Shown: positions 10,382 through 20,569 of the stretch, one piece after another
Numbering within the stretch: the first letter of the stretch is position 1
How the letters are laid out: each line of letters starts with the position of its first letter
Virus record (IMG/VR): IMGVR_UViG_3300020578_000037
Coordinates: 20,689 to 84,688 of that record
DNA from: a virus
Reading direction: 5' to 3' (one strand)
DNA: 64,000 nt
The notes under the pieces: model-generated
What the model was told of the DNA's origin: nothing
Databases searched by the model: none
What the model saw: the letters and a program-made list of their open reading frames with translations, nothing else
Translations under genes and position numbers: made by a program

Positions 10382-12237
10382 TAATACTCCTTAGTAATAG
10401 ACTGTATAGAAGGTGTAATGATTGTTATCTTATTCTTAAAATCTAGTTTATTATTTAAATATGGAAATTTAAAAAACGGTAATTTAAGATCTTGAGTAGT
10501 TATTTGAATGTCATTAAAAGAATAAACGGGATTATAGATTAATAAGCTTATACCAGGTGTTAAAATTGATCTACCATTTTCATTTCTAACTGTATTAATA
10601 GATTTAACACCATCAAGAGCTAAAATTTGATTCGTAATATCTGTTAAACTTATAAAAAGACCTAAATTGTCGTTAACAGTTGAAAAATAATTACTAAAAA
10701 CATCAGATATTTGCTGTTTTAAAGCTTCAGGATTTTTTTTAGCAGTAATATCTCTTGTTATTTCTAGAAAAGAATTTTCAGAGACAGACGGTGATAATAT
10801 TTCTTCTGTGTATTTTACACCGATATCTATAGCCATATATACGGGGTCGTTAATAACTATTTCAGCAGTAGTAAGCTTTACTTGCTGAAGATTATTCATA
10901 ATTAATTGTTTTTGAGCAGAATTTAAATAATTTGCTCTAGATGTAATTGATGTTAATTTTTCTAATTTTGGTACTGCATATATATAGACATTATTAAAAT
11001 TGCAAGAATCAGAAAACTTAACTTGGTTAAAAAGAACTCTACTTTCTTGATTTGGTTGTGTTACCCCGAGATCAAAATAATATTTTACGTGTTCAGATAG
11101 ATAATCCCAATTATTAACAGCTTTTACAGATGAAATAATGTTACTATAATTTTTAAAAAGAAAGTTAGTAAAATCGTCTGATGTTATAAGTCTATACTGG
11201 CTTCTAAAAGTATTGATTGCATTACTTTTTATACTAGATGTATCTTCTATAGATACAAAAGGAGTAGAATCGTCGATGTTTGTAAAATCTATAAGGCTTG
11301 CTTGAGCCGGTGTAAGTAAGTTAAGGTTTTGCGCAATAGTATCGTTTAATACTGTATTAAATTTGGGTGTATTATAGAAAAAGAGCTTATTATTATTTAA
11401 AAGACCTGCACTTACTTCACCTCTAGTACCATCAGACTTTAAATAGTAAATAGCAACTTCATCACCTACATTTAGTTGTTTGCCAGTTACATTATTACCA
11501 AATTTAATTTCATACCTTTGATTTTCGTTTAATCTAATTTCATAAACCTTAGAATCTGCACGCTCTAAAAATAAAGATTGTACCGGTGACCATTTTTCCC
11601 ATTTTGGTGTAGTGACCGTATTATCTTTTACATAAACATCAATATTAAAATGATCAATTAATATATTATCGCCGTTTGTATCTACTAACGTTATTGTAAC
11701 TAATTCAAATGGCTCACCCACCGCGGTATAAGGGGGGTATTCTGAATACTTGCCTTGAAAGAGTAGATTGTTTTCTTGCAAATCGGTAAGAGCTTCAACT
11801 AAAGACGTGCTCTTTGCAAACGTAACATCTGTATTAAAAGAATAAGATATACCGTTAACAGTAAAAAAGGAATATCTAGGTATAGTATATATACCTTGTA
11901 GTAATGCTGATTGACCGGTAGCTAGAAAAGATAGTACGGGGGTTTGATTACCTATAGGATTGTAATTTATAAGCTTAACTATTTTATTAATATTTTCATA
12001 AAGCTCGGCGGTAGTAAAAGTACTCTCAGAACTAGTACGGTTAAGATAGAAAATAAGCACGTTATACGCATAAGCTATAATATCAATTATAGAAGAAATA
12101 TTGCTGCCTTCAAAATTCTGGTCAGTAAAATAATTATTTGTATTTAACCGAGTAGTAATTAAGCTTTTTAAACTTTTAGCATCAAAAGCCACATACCCGT
12201 CTGTAGGTATTTCATAATTATTAAAATTATTGGCCAT
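10381..12237 (-). CDS. gp6: Baseplate wedge subunit gp6
   Basis: FTDQNFEGSNISSIIDIIAY, YEIKFGNNVTGK, QYRLITSDDF. Confidence 0.9.
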   Translation of the reverse strand: MANNFNNYEIPTDGYVAFDAKSLKSLITTRLNTNNYFTDQNFEGSNISSIIDIIAYAYNVLIFYLNRTSSESTFTTAELYENINKIVKLINYNPIGNQTPVLSFLATGQSALLQGIYTIPRYSFFTVNGISYSFNTDVTFAKSTSLVEALTDLQENNLLFQGKYSEYPPYTAVGEPFELVTITLVDTNGDNILIDHFNIDVYVKDNTVTTPKWEKWSPVQSLFLERADSKVYEIRLNENQRYEIKFGNNVTGKQLNVGDEVAIYYLKSDGTRGEVSAGLLNNNKLFFYNTPKFNTVLNDTIAQNLNLLTPAQASLIDFTNIDDSTPFVSIEDTSSIKSNAINTFRSQYRLITSDDFTNFLFKNYSNIISSVKAVNNWDYLSEHVKYYFDLGVTQPNQESRVLFNQVKFSDSCNFNNVYIYAVPKLEKLTSITSRANYLNSAQKQLIMNNLQQVKLTTAEIVINDPVYMAIDIGVKYTEEILSPSVSENSFLEITRDITAKKNPEALKQQISDVFSNYFSTVNDNLGLFISLTDITNQILALDGVKSINTVRNENGRSILTPGISLLIYNPVYSFNDIQITTQDLKLPFFKFPYLNNKLDFKNKITIITPSIQSITKEY

Positions 12238-12242
12238 ATATT

Positions 12243-12722
12243 TTATTCATTTAAAAAGAATCCTGAATTACTTAATGTTCCAACTAATATGAAGCTAGAA
12301 TTATCTATGTTTGTCATAGATAATATTAATTCTACTATATACTGTTGGTTTGCTTCGTCAGCAATAACATTTATTTTTTGAACTGTGACTCTAGGCTCAA
12401 AAGCAGTTATACCCGCTAAGACTTCATTACCTATGCTTAGCGCTACTGATTCACTAATCCTTAAGAAAAGATATTTTGGCAAATTAAGCCCGTATTCTGG
12501 ATTTAATATCCTTTGACCGGGTACTGTAGTGACTAAATTGTATATTGAATTACGTATAGCTGCGTAGTCATAATCTATTTGAATATCTTTTATCTCTCTT
12601 CTCTTCAAAAATTCATTGTTTTTTGTATAACCTAGTTGAAGATCAAGCTTTAAGTCGGTGTATGTATAATCGCTCTGTGTCCTTTCTGGCTGCGCTATTG
12701 TCTGTATATTAATATTAGCCAC
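12243..12722 (-). CDS. gp25: Baseplate wedge subunit gp25
   Basis: AIRNSIYNLVTTVPGQRILNPEYG...FEPRV (GPW/gp25 signature). Confidence 0.9.
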   Translation of the reverse strand: MANINIQTIAQPERTQSDYTYTDLKLDLQLGYTKNNEFLKRREIKDIQIDYDYAAIRNSIYNLVTTVPGQRILNPEYGLNLPKYLFLRISESVALSIGNEVLAGITAFEPRVTVQKINVIADEANQQYIVELILSMTNIDNSSFILVGTLSNSGFFLNE

Positions 12723-12727
12723 ATAGT

Positions 12728-12735
12728 TATTTATA
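12728..12735 (-). promoter_or_regulatory. T4-type late promoter TATAAATA, 5 nt before the gp25 GTG
   Basis: Exact T4 gp55 consensus; gp55 is encoded in this window. Confidence 0.8.
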
Positions 12736-12791
12736 TTACTTTTATTCTTTTAAAAATGGTTTTCTAGTAAGTAAAACAATAAATAATTTAA

Positions 12792-13397
12792 ATGAACAAG
12801 AAGTTTGTTAAACTATACGAATCAGCATTGCAAAGATTTACTAATGGCGGGTTTTTAGCGGGAGATGTAGTGGTTTTTATGAAAGATGCGCTGTCAGATC
12901 CGTGGTTTAAGTCGTTAGGCACCAATACACAAGAAAAAATTAAGAGCATGATTAATAGCGGTCTTAATCTAAGAATTTCTGCAATAAAGAATGTACGTCC
13001 TAATGTCATGGGAGCCGGTAATACAGATTATACCGGTACAGAAGTAAATGTAGATATTACTTCAGAGATTGCACCTGGCAGGTATATGGATTTCGTGACA
13101 GTCCCTGGCAGATTATTAGAACCTGTAAGTTCGTACCCAAATTTACCTGAAGTCCCTGAAATTTTTAAGAAAAATGATCCTTCAAAGAGAGTTAACATTA
13201 AACCTAAAAAGGTTAAGGATGAAGCGGAAGAAGTTCCTTTTCTTAAGCCTGGTGAAACTAGAAAATCAGATATTGGTGGAAAACTGGATACAGGAGATAG
13301 ATCACTTTTAAATAAAAATGTTTCAATACCTTCATCACCTGCTGTGAATCATAAAGACCCAGCCAGCTATACAGCAGCATATTTACCTAAGCGCTAA
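12792..13397 (+). CDS. Hypothetical late protein with CTS-like N-terminus
   Basis: 201 aa; AATAAATA 6 nt before ATG; MNKKFVKLYE. Confidence 0.7.
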   Translation: MNKKFVKLYESALQRFTNGGFLAGDVVVFMKDALSDPWFKSLGTNTQEKIKSMINSGLNLRISAIKNVRPNVMGAGNTDYTGTEVNVDITSEIAPGRYMDFVTVPGRLLEPVSSYPNLPEVPEIFKKNDPSKRVNIKPKKVKDEAEEVPFLKPGETRKSDIGGKLDTGDRSLLNKNVSIPSSPAVNHKDPASYTAAYLPKR

Positions 13398-14320
13398 TAA
13401 TTAGCTAAATTAATTAAACAACTATAGCAATTAATTTCTTGATCTACTACAAAACTGCTTCTATATAAATGCTCAGCAATTACTAATAAAAAATGCTTTT
13501 TAAGCTTTAAATCTTTTTCATTACTGTCAATAAAATTAAATAAATTTCTTAATAACGTAACATAGTCGTTATTAAATTTTGATTCATTTTCTATTAATGC
13601 TTTTCTTAATAAGATAATGTTTTTCTTTTTTATTTCATTAAAGATAAGGTCTAGCACTTCATTATTCTTTATGTTATCTAAGATTAATTTTCCTGTACTT
13701 GAATGCTTTTGCATCTCGTTAATACATTTTCTAAGGTCGGGGTAATTAGATTTAATAAAATCTAATAAAATTGTTTTTTGCGACTGATCAATTTCTATCT
13801 TTTCTGCTTTTAGTATAGATGCACATCTTTTCACAACACCTTCAAGCGGTGGGGTTAAGTCGATACTCTGACACCTGCTTTGTAAAGGTGGTATTACTCT
13901 GTATCTATAATTAGCAGTAAGTATAAATCTTGTAATTTTTGCAAATTCTTCCATTGTATTACGTAAAGCTCTTTGTGCATCTGGTGACAGCCCATCCGTT
14001 TCATCTAATATTATAACCTTAATAGAGCCGTCTATACTTTTTGTTTGTGCAAAGCTAGTAACTTTGTTGCGAATGGTATCGATACCGTTTTCATCACTAG
14101 CATTAATATAAAGGTATTGACATTCTAGAATACTATTAACAATAATTTTAGCTAGAGATGTTTTACCTAAGCCTGGAGTACCTGTAAATAATAAGTTAGG
14201 TATTTCTTTTTTGTTTTTAAATGACTCTATAATTGCTTTATTAGTATCAGATATTATAAAATCATCTAAAGTTTTAGGTCTATACTTTTCAACCCATAAA
14301 TTATTAAAATCTACTTTCAT
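13394..14320 (-). CDS. gp44: Clamp loader AAA+ subunit (gp44/RFC small-like)
   Basis: LWVEKYRP, GTPGLGKT, ILDETD, LQSRC. Confidence 0.95.
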   Translation of the reverse strand: MKVDFNNLWVEKYRPKTLDDFIISDTNKAIIESFKNKKEIPNLLFTGTPGLGKTSLAKIIVNSILECQYLYINASDENGIDTIRNKVTSFAQTKSIDGSIKVIILDETDGLSPDAQRALRNTMEEFAKITRFILTANYRYRVIPPLQSRCQSIDLTPPLEGVVKRCASILKAEKIEIDQSQKTILLDFIKSNYPDLRKCINEMQKHSSTGKLILDNIKNNEVLDLIFNEIKKKNIILLRKALIENESKFNNDYVTLLRNLFNFIDSNEKDLKLKKHFLLVIAEHLYRSSFVVDQEINCYSCLINLANY

Positions 14321-14793
14321 TATTTACCTGAAGAACCAAAACCCTTTTCACCTCTTTGAGATTCTTCTACTTCACCCCATTCAACAGGCATAGAGAGTGT
14401 AAAATAAAGAGCGAATTGCGCGACTCTATCACCTACTTTGACTTGATAATCGGTATCTGTAAGATTATACAGTTTTACTCCTGCGTCGCCTCTGTAGCCA
14501 CTGTCAATAATACCTGGATGCGCCATAATTCCGTGCTTAAAACCTAATCCACTACGAGATTCGACTTTAATCCAATAGCCTTCTGGTATAGATGCAAATT
14601 TAAGCCCAACATCTACTATAGCGCTACCCTTTGCAGGGATTATCTTATCTTCTATAGAATAAACATCGTAACCTGTATCAGATTCATGATTTTTAAACGG
14701 TAATTTTGCAAGCTCATGTATCTTTTTAAACTTTAAGACAGGTAAAAACTTTAAATTAGGATCATTTTCATTAATAATCTTATTATTATACAT
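14320..14793 (-). CDS. dut: Trimeric dUTPase
   Basis: GYDV, RSGL, GIIDSGYRG, RGEKGFGSSG. Confidence 0.95.
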   Translation of the reverse strand: MYNNKIINENDPNLKFLPVLKFKKIHELAKLPFKNHESDTGYDVYSIEDKIIPAKGSAIVDVGLKFASIPEGYWIKVESRSGLGFKHGIMAHPGIIDSGYRGDAGVKLYNLTDTDYQVKVGDRVAQFALYFTLSMPVEWGEVEESQRGEKGFGSSGK

Positions 14794-14799
14794 ATTTCG

Positions 14800-14827
14800 A
14801 TTATAAAAGTGAGTTTATAAAAATCAA
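14800..14827 (-). promoter_or_regulatory. sigma70-like promoter TTGATT-N16-TATAAT-N6-ATG (dut)
   Basis: Read directly. Confidence 0.7.
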
Positions 14828-14845
14828 TAGTAAATAAATATTATT

Positions 14846-15310
14846 ATGAGCGAAGAGCTTAATGAAATGGTCGGTGATTTGTTGTCACAGCTTAATGACG
14901 CGACTGAAAAAGCAAAACAAGCAGAAAAAGAGAAGAATCCGCTAACAAAAGAAAATATGGAAAAGTTTGTTATTGAAAAAGCAGGTAAACTTGTAGAGGA
15001 GAGTATTGAAGTTGTGTCAAATGTGAAGGATTACATATCTTCTGCTCCTGAGAGCAAGGATGTAGGGTCTCTTGCTGAGCTTATTGGTGCTACGGCAACT
15101 GCTATAGAGACACTCAACAAGATAATAGTTACGGACAAAAGAAATGATACAGTTATAAAAGCCAAAGAGATGGATATAGCGTCGCGAAAAGAATTAAAAG
15201 AAGTTGATAGTCAAAATAAACTACTGGCTACTAGAGAACAAGTATTTAAAATGCTAATAGACAGCGCGAATAAGAGTGCTAAAATTATTGATGCTGAGGT
15301 AATTGACTAA
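14846..15310 (+). CDS. Putative terminase small subunit (gp16-like)
   Basis: 154 aa helical protein with helix-(APES)-helix layout like gp16; late box 5 nt upstream. Confidence 0.5.
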   Translation: MSEELNEMVGDLLSQLNDATEKAKQAEKEKNPLTKENMEKFVIEKAGKLVEESIEVVSNVKDYISSAPESKDVGSLAELIGATATAIETLNKIIVTDKRNDTVIKAKEMDIASRKELKEVDSQNKLLATREQVFKMLIDSANKSAKIIDAEVID

Positions 15311-17259
15311 TAATCGTTTTTATTTTTACAGTCAAATAGCTTTGAATTAAATCCTTTCCATAATTCATTAAAATTTGGTATTAATGAAGTAAGTGAACTT
15401 ACAAAACCGTCTAGCTTAGGCAGATTAAACGAAAAGCCCCCTAATTTTGATAATAGAGAAGTAGGATTAAAGTCGACATTTGAATTTGTAAGTAAATCAA
15501 AATTTATATCTGGCGGTTCAGGTAGTTTGAAGTCACAAGCAACGTTTTTAGCTTGTTCAATATTAGAAAGCGAAGCACTTATATTAGGATCTCCGGGTTG
15601 AAGCCCTGTAGCGATTGATCCAATACTAGAAAATTCTGATGAGTTTTTAGACGGTAGAGTGTTAGGTGTATCAAGAGTAGGTTTTTGTGTGGTTTTCTCA
15701 TTATTAGCAACAGTAGATGCCATGTTATTATCGTTTTTTGACTCTTTTAGACCTTGTTTTTGAATATTGGAGTTTAAATTAACTAATTTAGCATTGGGTT
15801 CCTTAACTTTATTTACGGATGCTGCGTTTTTAGCTTTTGCAGATGATGAATTAGATACAGGTATCGGTAGTCTAGTATCATTTTCTTTATTAAGAAATGT
15901 ATTGTTTATAGATTGCGTGTTTTTTGTATTGCTTGTTGTTGCAACGCTTACATTAAGAGAGCTTTTTATCGTTTTATCCTTTAATGAAGGTATAGAAATA
16001 TTTTGTAAGAGATCTAACTGCACTATTTTGTTTTCTATATTTTTTTGAAAATAAATATTTTCTATTTTTTGAATGTTTTTTAAAGTATCTCTAGGATTGT
16101 AAGCTGTATTATCGTTAAAATTACTAAAAAACGCAATGTAAGGCAGGGTGTTTTTAAATTTATCCGTTAAGATACTAACAAGACTGCTTAAGTTATTATA
16201 GAAATCTAAATAAAATTTATAGTCAGTTACAAGATTAGTACCGTGAGCTACTGTAGTATCGGATTTTAGATTTGTTAGTGCGTCGTCTTCTGAAACTTTT
16301 TGAATGTTAATTAAATTATTTCGCTGCAGCGATGTTGTTTTAATATTTAAATCATCATAAACACTTCTAGAAACAGCGCTTAATTTATTTAATACTGAAG
16401 CAGGTAATTGATTAGGCCCTCCCATACTACAAAAAACATCAAAATAAGGTGATACATTATCATTAAATTTAATTTTGCTATTTACAATACTGCCTACACT
16501 ATCGCTAGGACCGCTTAAAACAGAGTCTAACTTTAAAGATAATGAATCTTTTATTTCATTTAATGTGTTGTTAAATTTTTTAAACCAATAAAAAATAAAA
16601 TCGTTGTTTAGGTCATTAAAAACCGTATTATTTAACTGTAAGTAAAACTTTTTTAAGCTAGTTACAGGGTCACCAGATCTTAAAGCTTTCCAATAATTTA
16701 AAGCTAAAGACATCTGCAATGATAGATCACCGGCGTCGAAAGAATTAGCTTCTGATTCTATACCTTTTTGCTTTTTAGATGGCAATACCTGTTGAGGAAT
16801 ATTTTGCGGTGTAACGGTAACTGTTACTTCTTTACTATTAGCTCTTAAGAATGATGTTGCTTCTTCCTTAGTATTAAAAAATAGACATATTACTGGCACG
16901 TTACCTGTGATTTCAATTACCTGAGGTATGATATCGTCTGCTATTCTTTGACCTGCACCTGGTATGTCTACTCTGCTACCTATAGGTATAATAGAGCTAT
17001 TAACAGCTAAACTATTACTTGTTAATTTTTCGTTAGTTATAGAAGAAATTCTTCCCTTATCTGCATTGCTAGAGAAATATGCATCTAGCTTAACATTAAC
17101 TGAATAAGAGGTGCTAGTACTGTTGTTAGAAGAAAGAGGTGAACTAATACTACCAATACTTTCAAGATAATTTGAGTAAAGTTTTATAAACTCTATTGAA
17201 TTGCAGATAGGGTTATCAACTAAATCAGGATAAATAGTTTTTGTTGTTGTTTTTAACAT
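15307..17259 (-). CDS. Virion-associated protein with degenerate 3D (MltA-like) domain
   Basis: LAVNSSIIPIGSRVDIPGAGQRIADD...ICLFF compared with the 3D consensus AVDP..IPLGS.V.I.G.G...AED...IDLY; coupled to the hub gene. Confidence 0.55.
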   Translation of the reverse strand: MLKTTTKTIYPDLVDNPICNSIEFIKLYSNYLESIGSISSPLSSNNSTSTSYSVNVKLDAYFSSNADKGRISSITNEKLTSNSLAVNSSIIPIGSRVDIPGAGQRIADDIIPQVIEITGNVPVICLFFNTKEEATSFLRANSKEVTVTVTPQNIPQQVLPSKKQKGIESEANSFDAGDLSLQMSLALNYWKALRSGDPVTSLKKFYLQLNNTVFNDLNNDFIFYWFKKFNNTLNEIKDSLSLKLDSVLSGPSDSVGSIVNSKIKFNDNVSPYFDVFCSMGGPNQLPASVLNKLSAVSRSVYDDLNIKTTSLQRNNLINIQKVSEDDALTNLKSDTTVAHGTNLVTDYKFYLDFYNNLSSLVSILTDKFKNTLPYIAFFSNFNDNTAYNPRDTLKNIQKIENIYFQKNIENKIVQLDLLQNISIPSLKDKTIKSSLNVSVATTSNTKNTQSINNTFLNKENDTRLPIPVSNSSSAKAKNAASVNKVKEPNAKLVNLNSNIQKQGLKESKNDNNMASTVANNEKTTQKPTLDTPNTLPSKNSSEFSSIGSIATGLQPGDPNISASLSNIEQAKNVACDFKLPEPPDINFDLLTNSNVDFNPTSLLSKLGGFSFNLPKLDGFVSSLTSLIPNFNELWKGFNSKLFDCKNKNDY

Positions 17260-18797
17260 TATTTGCTTTCCTTATTAATAAAAATATCTTTTGAAGAATA
17301 TGTTTTAATACATCTAAGCTCATTATAATAGTCACCGCCTGAAAAAATATGCTTGACTTCAACTATAAAGTATACGCCTAACATTTTATTATCGAAATCT
17401 GTGTATTCATAAGACCCATCTCTATCTATACCTATAAATTTACCAGCTTCTCTATGGGTAGATCCTGGAACTTTAAATAAAACCGTATTATTGAGAAATA
17501 TACTATTAAACAAAACACTATTTCTACCGGCATTTAATCTTTGATTGGGGTTATCGGAAACTGTAAAAGAATGTTTAACGTTTTTATTTTCTTCCCTGTA
17601 TTTTCCAATTAAAAAATTCGAATACGCGCTTTGTTTTGCATACTTACTGAAAGGTAATACATAATTTTGGTTATATGTACTCAGAGAACTAGATGCAGTG
17701 TTGCGTTCTTCTTCTATAGAAAACGTTTTATCATCAAAATCATAGCTATGCACGAGAAAGGTAGCTATCTCTTGTTGAGAATAAAGCCCTGGCATAAAAT
17801 CGTAAGAAAAATTTTGAATAGTACCAAATTTTTGAAAAAATAATGCATTGGAAGGTGTAAATTGTAATTTTTCAAGTGTATATTCATTATTCACATCAGA
17901 GTATGTACCGATTTTAAAGGTTTCTAAATAATACTCGCCGAGCTTTATTCCGCTAGAATCTACACTTACTGATTTAGAGAATATGTCTTTTAAGCTTTCG
18001 AATTTAAATACGGGATTTCCTCTCCCTAATCTTAAAAAAGCTCTGTCGTAATTCGAATCTGCAGAAGATACATGTCTTGATAAAAGATACTCTAAGCAAT
18101 CAATACCTTTAAATTTTGCGGGCGCTGAAAAAAACACGTTAGTACTGCCTTGATCAAACGGCTCACCTATTGTAATAGGTAGTCCGTCTTCTGGAGAAAA
18201 GAATTCTTGTAAAAAATTCTTTACTGCATCACCGGTAAAGACTGTTCTTTCTGTATTATCTGCATTATTACCGGATAAACTTACATAATTTCCTGTTGAA
18301 AAATATGAATTTTTTTCAAGTAAAAGTTCATAATAAAGATCCCAAAAAAATAATTTTTTAAATTTTTCTCCTGCGTTTTCACCGGGTATTTCTTCTGAAT
18401 TATAGATAGCAAAATTAAAAAACAATCTAAATATCTCATCACCTTGTTTAGAATTTTTTGATGAAAAAGGCTGTTCATCGAGTTTAGGCATTATATCTAT
18501 AGAAAGAATATCTCTAGAATCACCTTTAAAAATAAACCCTCTTCCTTGCTGTTGTTTAAGAGAAGAGGGGTTAGATCCAACAGTAATTCCTGAAACTCTT
18601 TCTACTGCGTCAAATGTATTGTTTAAGATAATATAACCTTTGTGAAAATAATTAAAAAATATATCTTCTATTACTAATTGTTTTATAGCGCCGGGTTTTA
18701 ATTCTTGATATCTATTATCGGTATTAAACAATCCTACTTTAAATCTAAATTTCGAAGAATTAATAATAGTATCAAAATCTATAATAGAAGTAGACAT
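17259..18797 (-). CDS. Baseplate hub protein (gp27-like)
   Basis: IEDIF...KGYIIL N-terminus; C-terminal VPGSTHREAGKFI...GVYFIVEVKHIF; follows gp53. Confidence 0.7.
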   Translation of the reverse strand: MSTSIIDFDTIINSSKFRFKVGLFNTDNRYQELKPGAIKQLVIEDIFFNYFHKGYIILNNTFDAVERVSGITVGSNPSSLKQQQGRGFIFKGDSRDILSIDIMPKLDEQPFSSKNSKQGDEIFRLFFNFAIYNSEEIPGENAGEKFKKLFFWDLYYELLLEKNSYFSTGNYVSLSGNNADNTERTVFTGDAVKNFLQEFFSPEDGLPITIGEPFDQGSTNVFFSAPAKFKGIDCLEYLLSRHVSSADSNYDRAFLRLGRGNPVFKFESLKDIFSKSVSVDSSGIKLGEYYLETFKIGTYSDVNNEYTLEKLQFTPSNALFFQKFGTIQNFSYDFMPGLYSQQEIATFLVHSYDFDDKTFSIEEERNTASSSLSTYNQNYVLPFSKYAKQSAYSNFLIGKYREENKNVKHSFTVSDNPNQRLNAGRNSVLFNSIFLNNTVLFKVPGSTHREAGKFIGIDRDGSYEYTDFDNKMLGVYFIVEVKHIFSGGDYYNELRCIKTYSSKDIFINKESK

Positions 18798-18798
18798 A

Positions 18799-19161
18799 TT
18801 AAATTAAATTATTTGAAATTTCGTTTAAAATTTGAGTAACATACTGAGGTTTAATAATTTTAATTAAAGATCCTTCTTCCGGAAACTTTATAGGATTAAA
18901 AATATTGTTTGCTAAACATATTAACCACCATAAATCTGTAGTTTTATATGCGTTGTAACTAATCACTGTCCAAGGCATTTTTGTGGTTGCCTGTTGATAA
19001 TAAATCGTAGTTTCGTCTATGTTTTCGGGTAAGTATATTGATTGTAAAAGATTGTAAAAGTAAAAATTATCTTCTGTTTTATATAATTTAAATATATTTT
19101 CATATCTAGTTGTTTTTAGCGGTGGTAGAGATGAAATACTATTTTGATAGTCGCCTTCCAT
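18799..19161 (-). CDS. gp53: Baseplate wedge gp53-like (LysM-like)
   Basis: ISYNAYKTTDLWWLICLANNIFNP; start moved to the ATG at 19161, which lies 5 nt after AATAAGTA. Confidence 0.8.
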   Translation of the reverse strand: MEGDYQNSISSLPPLKTTRYENIFKLYKTEDNFYFYNLLQSIYLPENIDETTIYYQQATTKMPWTVISYNAYKTTDLWWLICLANNIFNPIKFPEEGSLIKIIKPQYVTQILNEISNNLI

Positions 19162-19197
19162 AAGAATACTTATTAAAAAATACAATTAGACAAACCA

Positions 19198-20559
19198 TTA
19201 ACTGTTAGAAGTGTTTATATCAGGTGACAAAATATTAGTATCTACTGATCTAAGGTTAATAGATTCTTGATTGTTTTGTTGTGTCTTAGAGAATGGATTG
19301 AGAATGCTATTAACATTAGGTGAGAGCGTGCTTGCAGATACTACCGGCTCTTTATTTAAAACAGAATACATAAAATTCTTAGTGTCAGGCAATAAACTTT
19401 TTAAGGATATTTGTATTTCATATGCGTCTGGAATAATTGTAGTAATATTTCTTACTGTAGATATGTTAGAAAATCCTCTTACTGTCTTTTTAATTGTATC
19501 TAATCTTAGTTGCCCTGGACCACCTTTACGACTTTCTGTAGTTTTATCAACGCTTAGACTGTCTATAGTAGATAATTCAAAAGAAAGTTCACGTCTAGAT
19601 CCTTTAAAATTAATATTAATTCCTGCTATATAGCAAAATGGTAAAAATTTAACACCAGGTATTTCTACTTGATAAATTACTGGTGGATCGATAATTGCAA
19701 CGTTTTTACGCGATGGTTTATTATTATAAAGTAATAAGAACAATAATTCCCAATTCTTAATTACGTCATTAAATGATGCACTGCCTGTATTAATTAGGGG
19801 AAATGAAAATGAAAGCTCTTCACCTTCGGTTGGGTAATTATAAAATTTTGTTTTTTCTGTAAAAGATATTTGTGTAGGGTTTCTTAGTACGCTAGTTATC
19901 TCAGCAACACCGCCCACAAGATCTGCACCTTTTTGCAGTAACCCGAGTACGGGATTATTAGCATCTGAAGCAAAAGTGTTGCTTTGAGAATTGTTATAGT
20001 TTTCAAAATAAGGTATTAAGAATTGCCATCCAGTAGGCTCTGTTATATATAAATTTTGATAGGGCAGAAGATAGGGATTCTTGTCGTAAATTGAGTTATT
20101 ATCCTGTAAAAAATCAATTTGATTTATTTTACTTTTAACAGCATCGGATGAATTACCTAGGCTTTTACCGGCATCGCTTTGCTTGACCTGGTTTATAAAA
20201 TTGTAAAGGGGATTTTTAATACCATCTGGCAAATTATTAACTATACCTTTAATATTATCTGCAGACGCTCCTAAAGAATACTTGAGCTGAGATATTAAAG
20301 CATTGGTTTTAAGTTTTCTTTCTGTTAAAATTATTTTTGGTACTTCTTGTCTTGATTCTCTTAATTTAGAATAAGTCCAGTAAAAATCAGAAACAACGTC
20401 TACTACTCCGCCTTGTGGTGTCGCCAAGCTTTTACCTATACCAGAGCCTAAAGGTGTGTTATTTGGTGATACTAATAAAGGTGGTTCAACATCAACGTTA
20501 TTATTTTGTGAAAAAGTATTAAAATCTCTTACTCTAGCTATTGAAAATACGTGATCCAT
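19198..20559 (-). CDS. Baseplate-tail tube cap (gp48-like)
   Basis: FSFPL...PPVIYQV...FCYIAGININF pattern and gene position. Confidence 0.55.
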   Translation of the reverse strand: MDHVFSIARVRDFNTFSQNNNVDVEPPLLVSPNNTPLGSGIGKSLATPQGGVVDVVSDFYWTYSKLRESRQEVPKIILTERKLKTNALISQLKYSLGASADNIKGIVNNLPDGIKNPLYNFINQVKQSDAGKSLGNSSDAVKSKINQIDFLQDNNSIYDKNPYLLPYQNLYITEPTGWQFLIPYFENYNNSQSNTFASDANNPVLGLLQKGADLVGGVAEITSVLRNPTQISFTEKTKFYNYPTEGEELSFSFPLINTGSASFNDVIKNWELLFLLLYNNKPSRKNVAIIDPPVIYQVEIPGVKFLPFCYIAGININFKGSRRELSFELSTIDSLSVDKTTESRKGGPGQLRLDTIKKTVRGFSNISTVRNITTIIPDAYEIQISLKSLLPDTKNFMYSVLNKEPVVSASTLSPNVNSILNPFSKTQQNNQESINLRSVDTNILSPDINTSNS

Positions 20560-20569
20560 AAATTATTAT

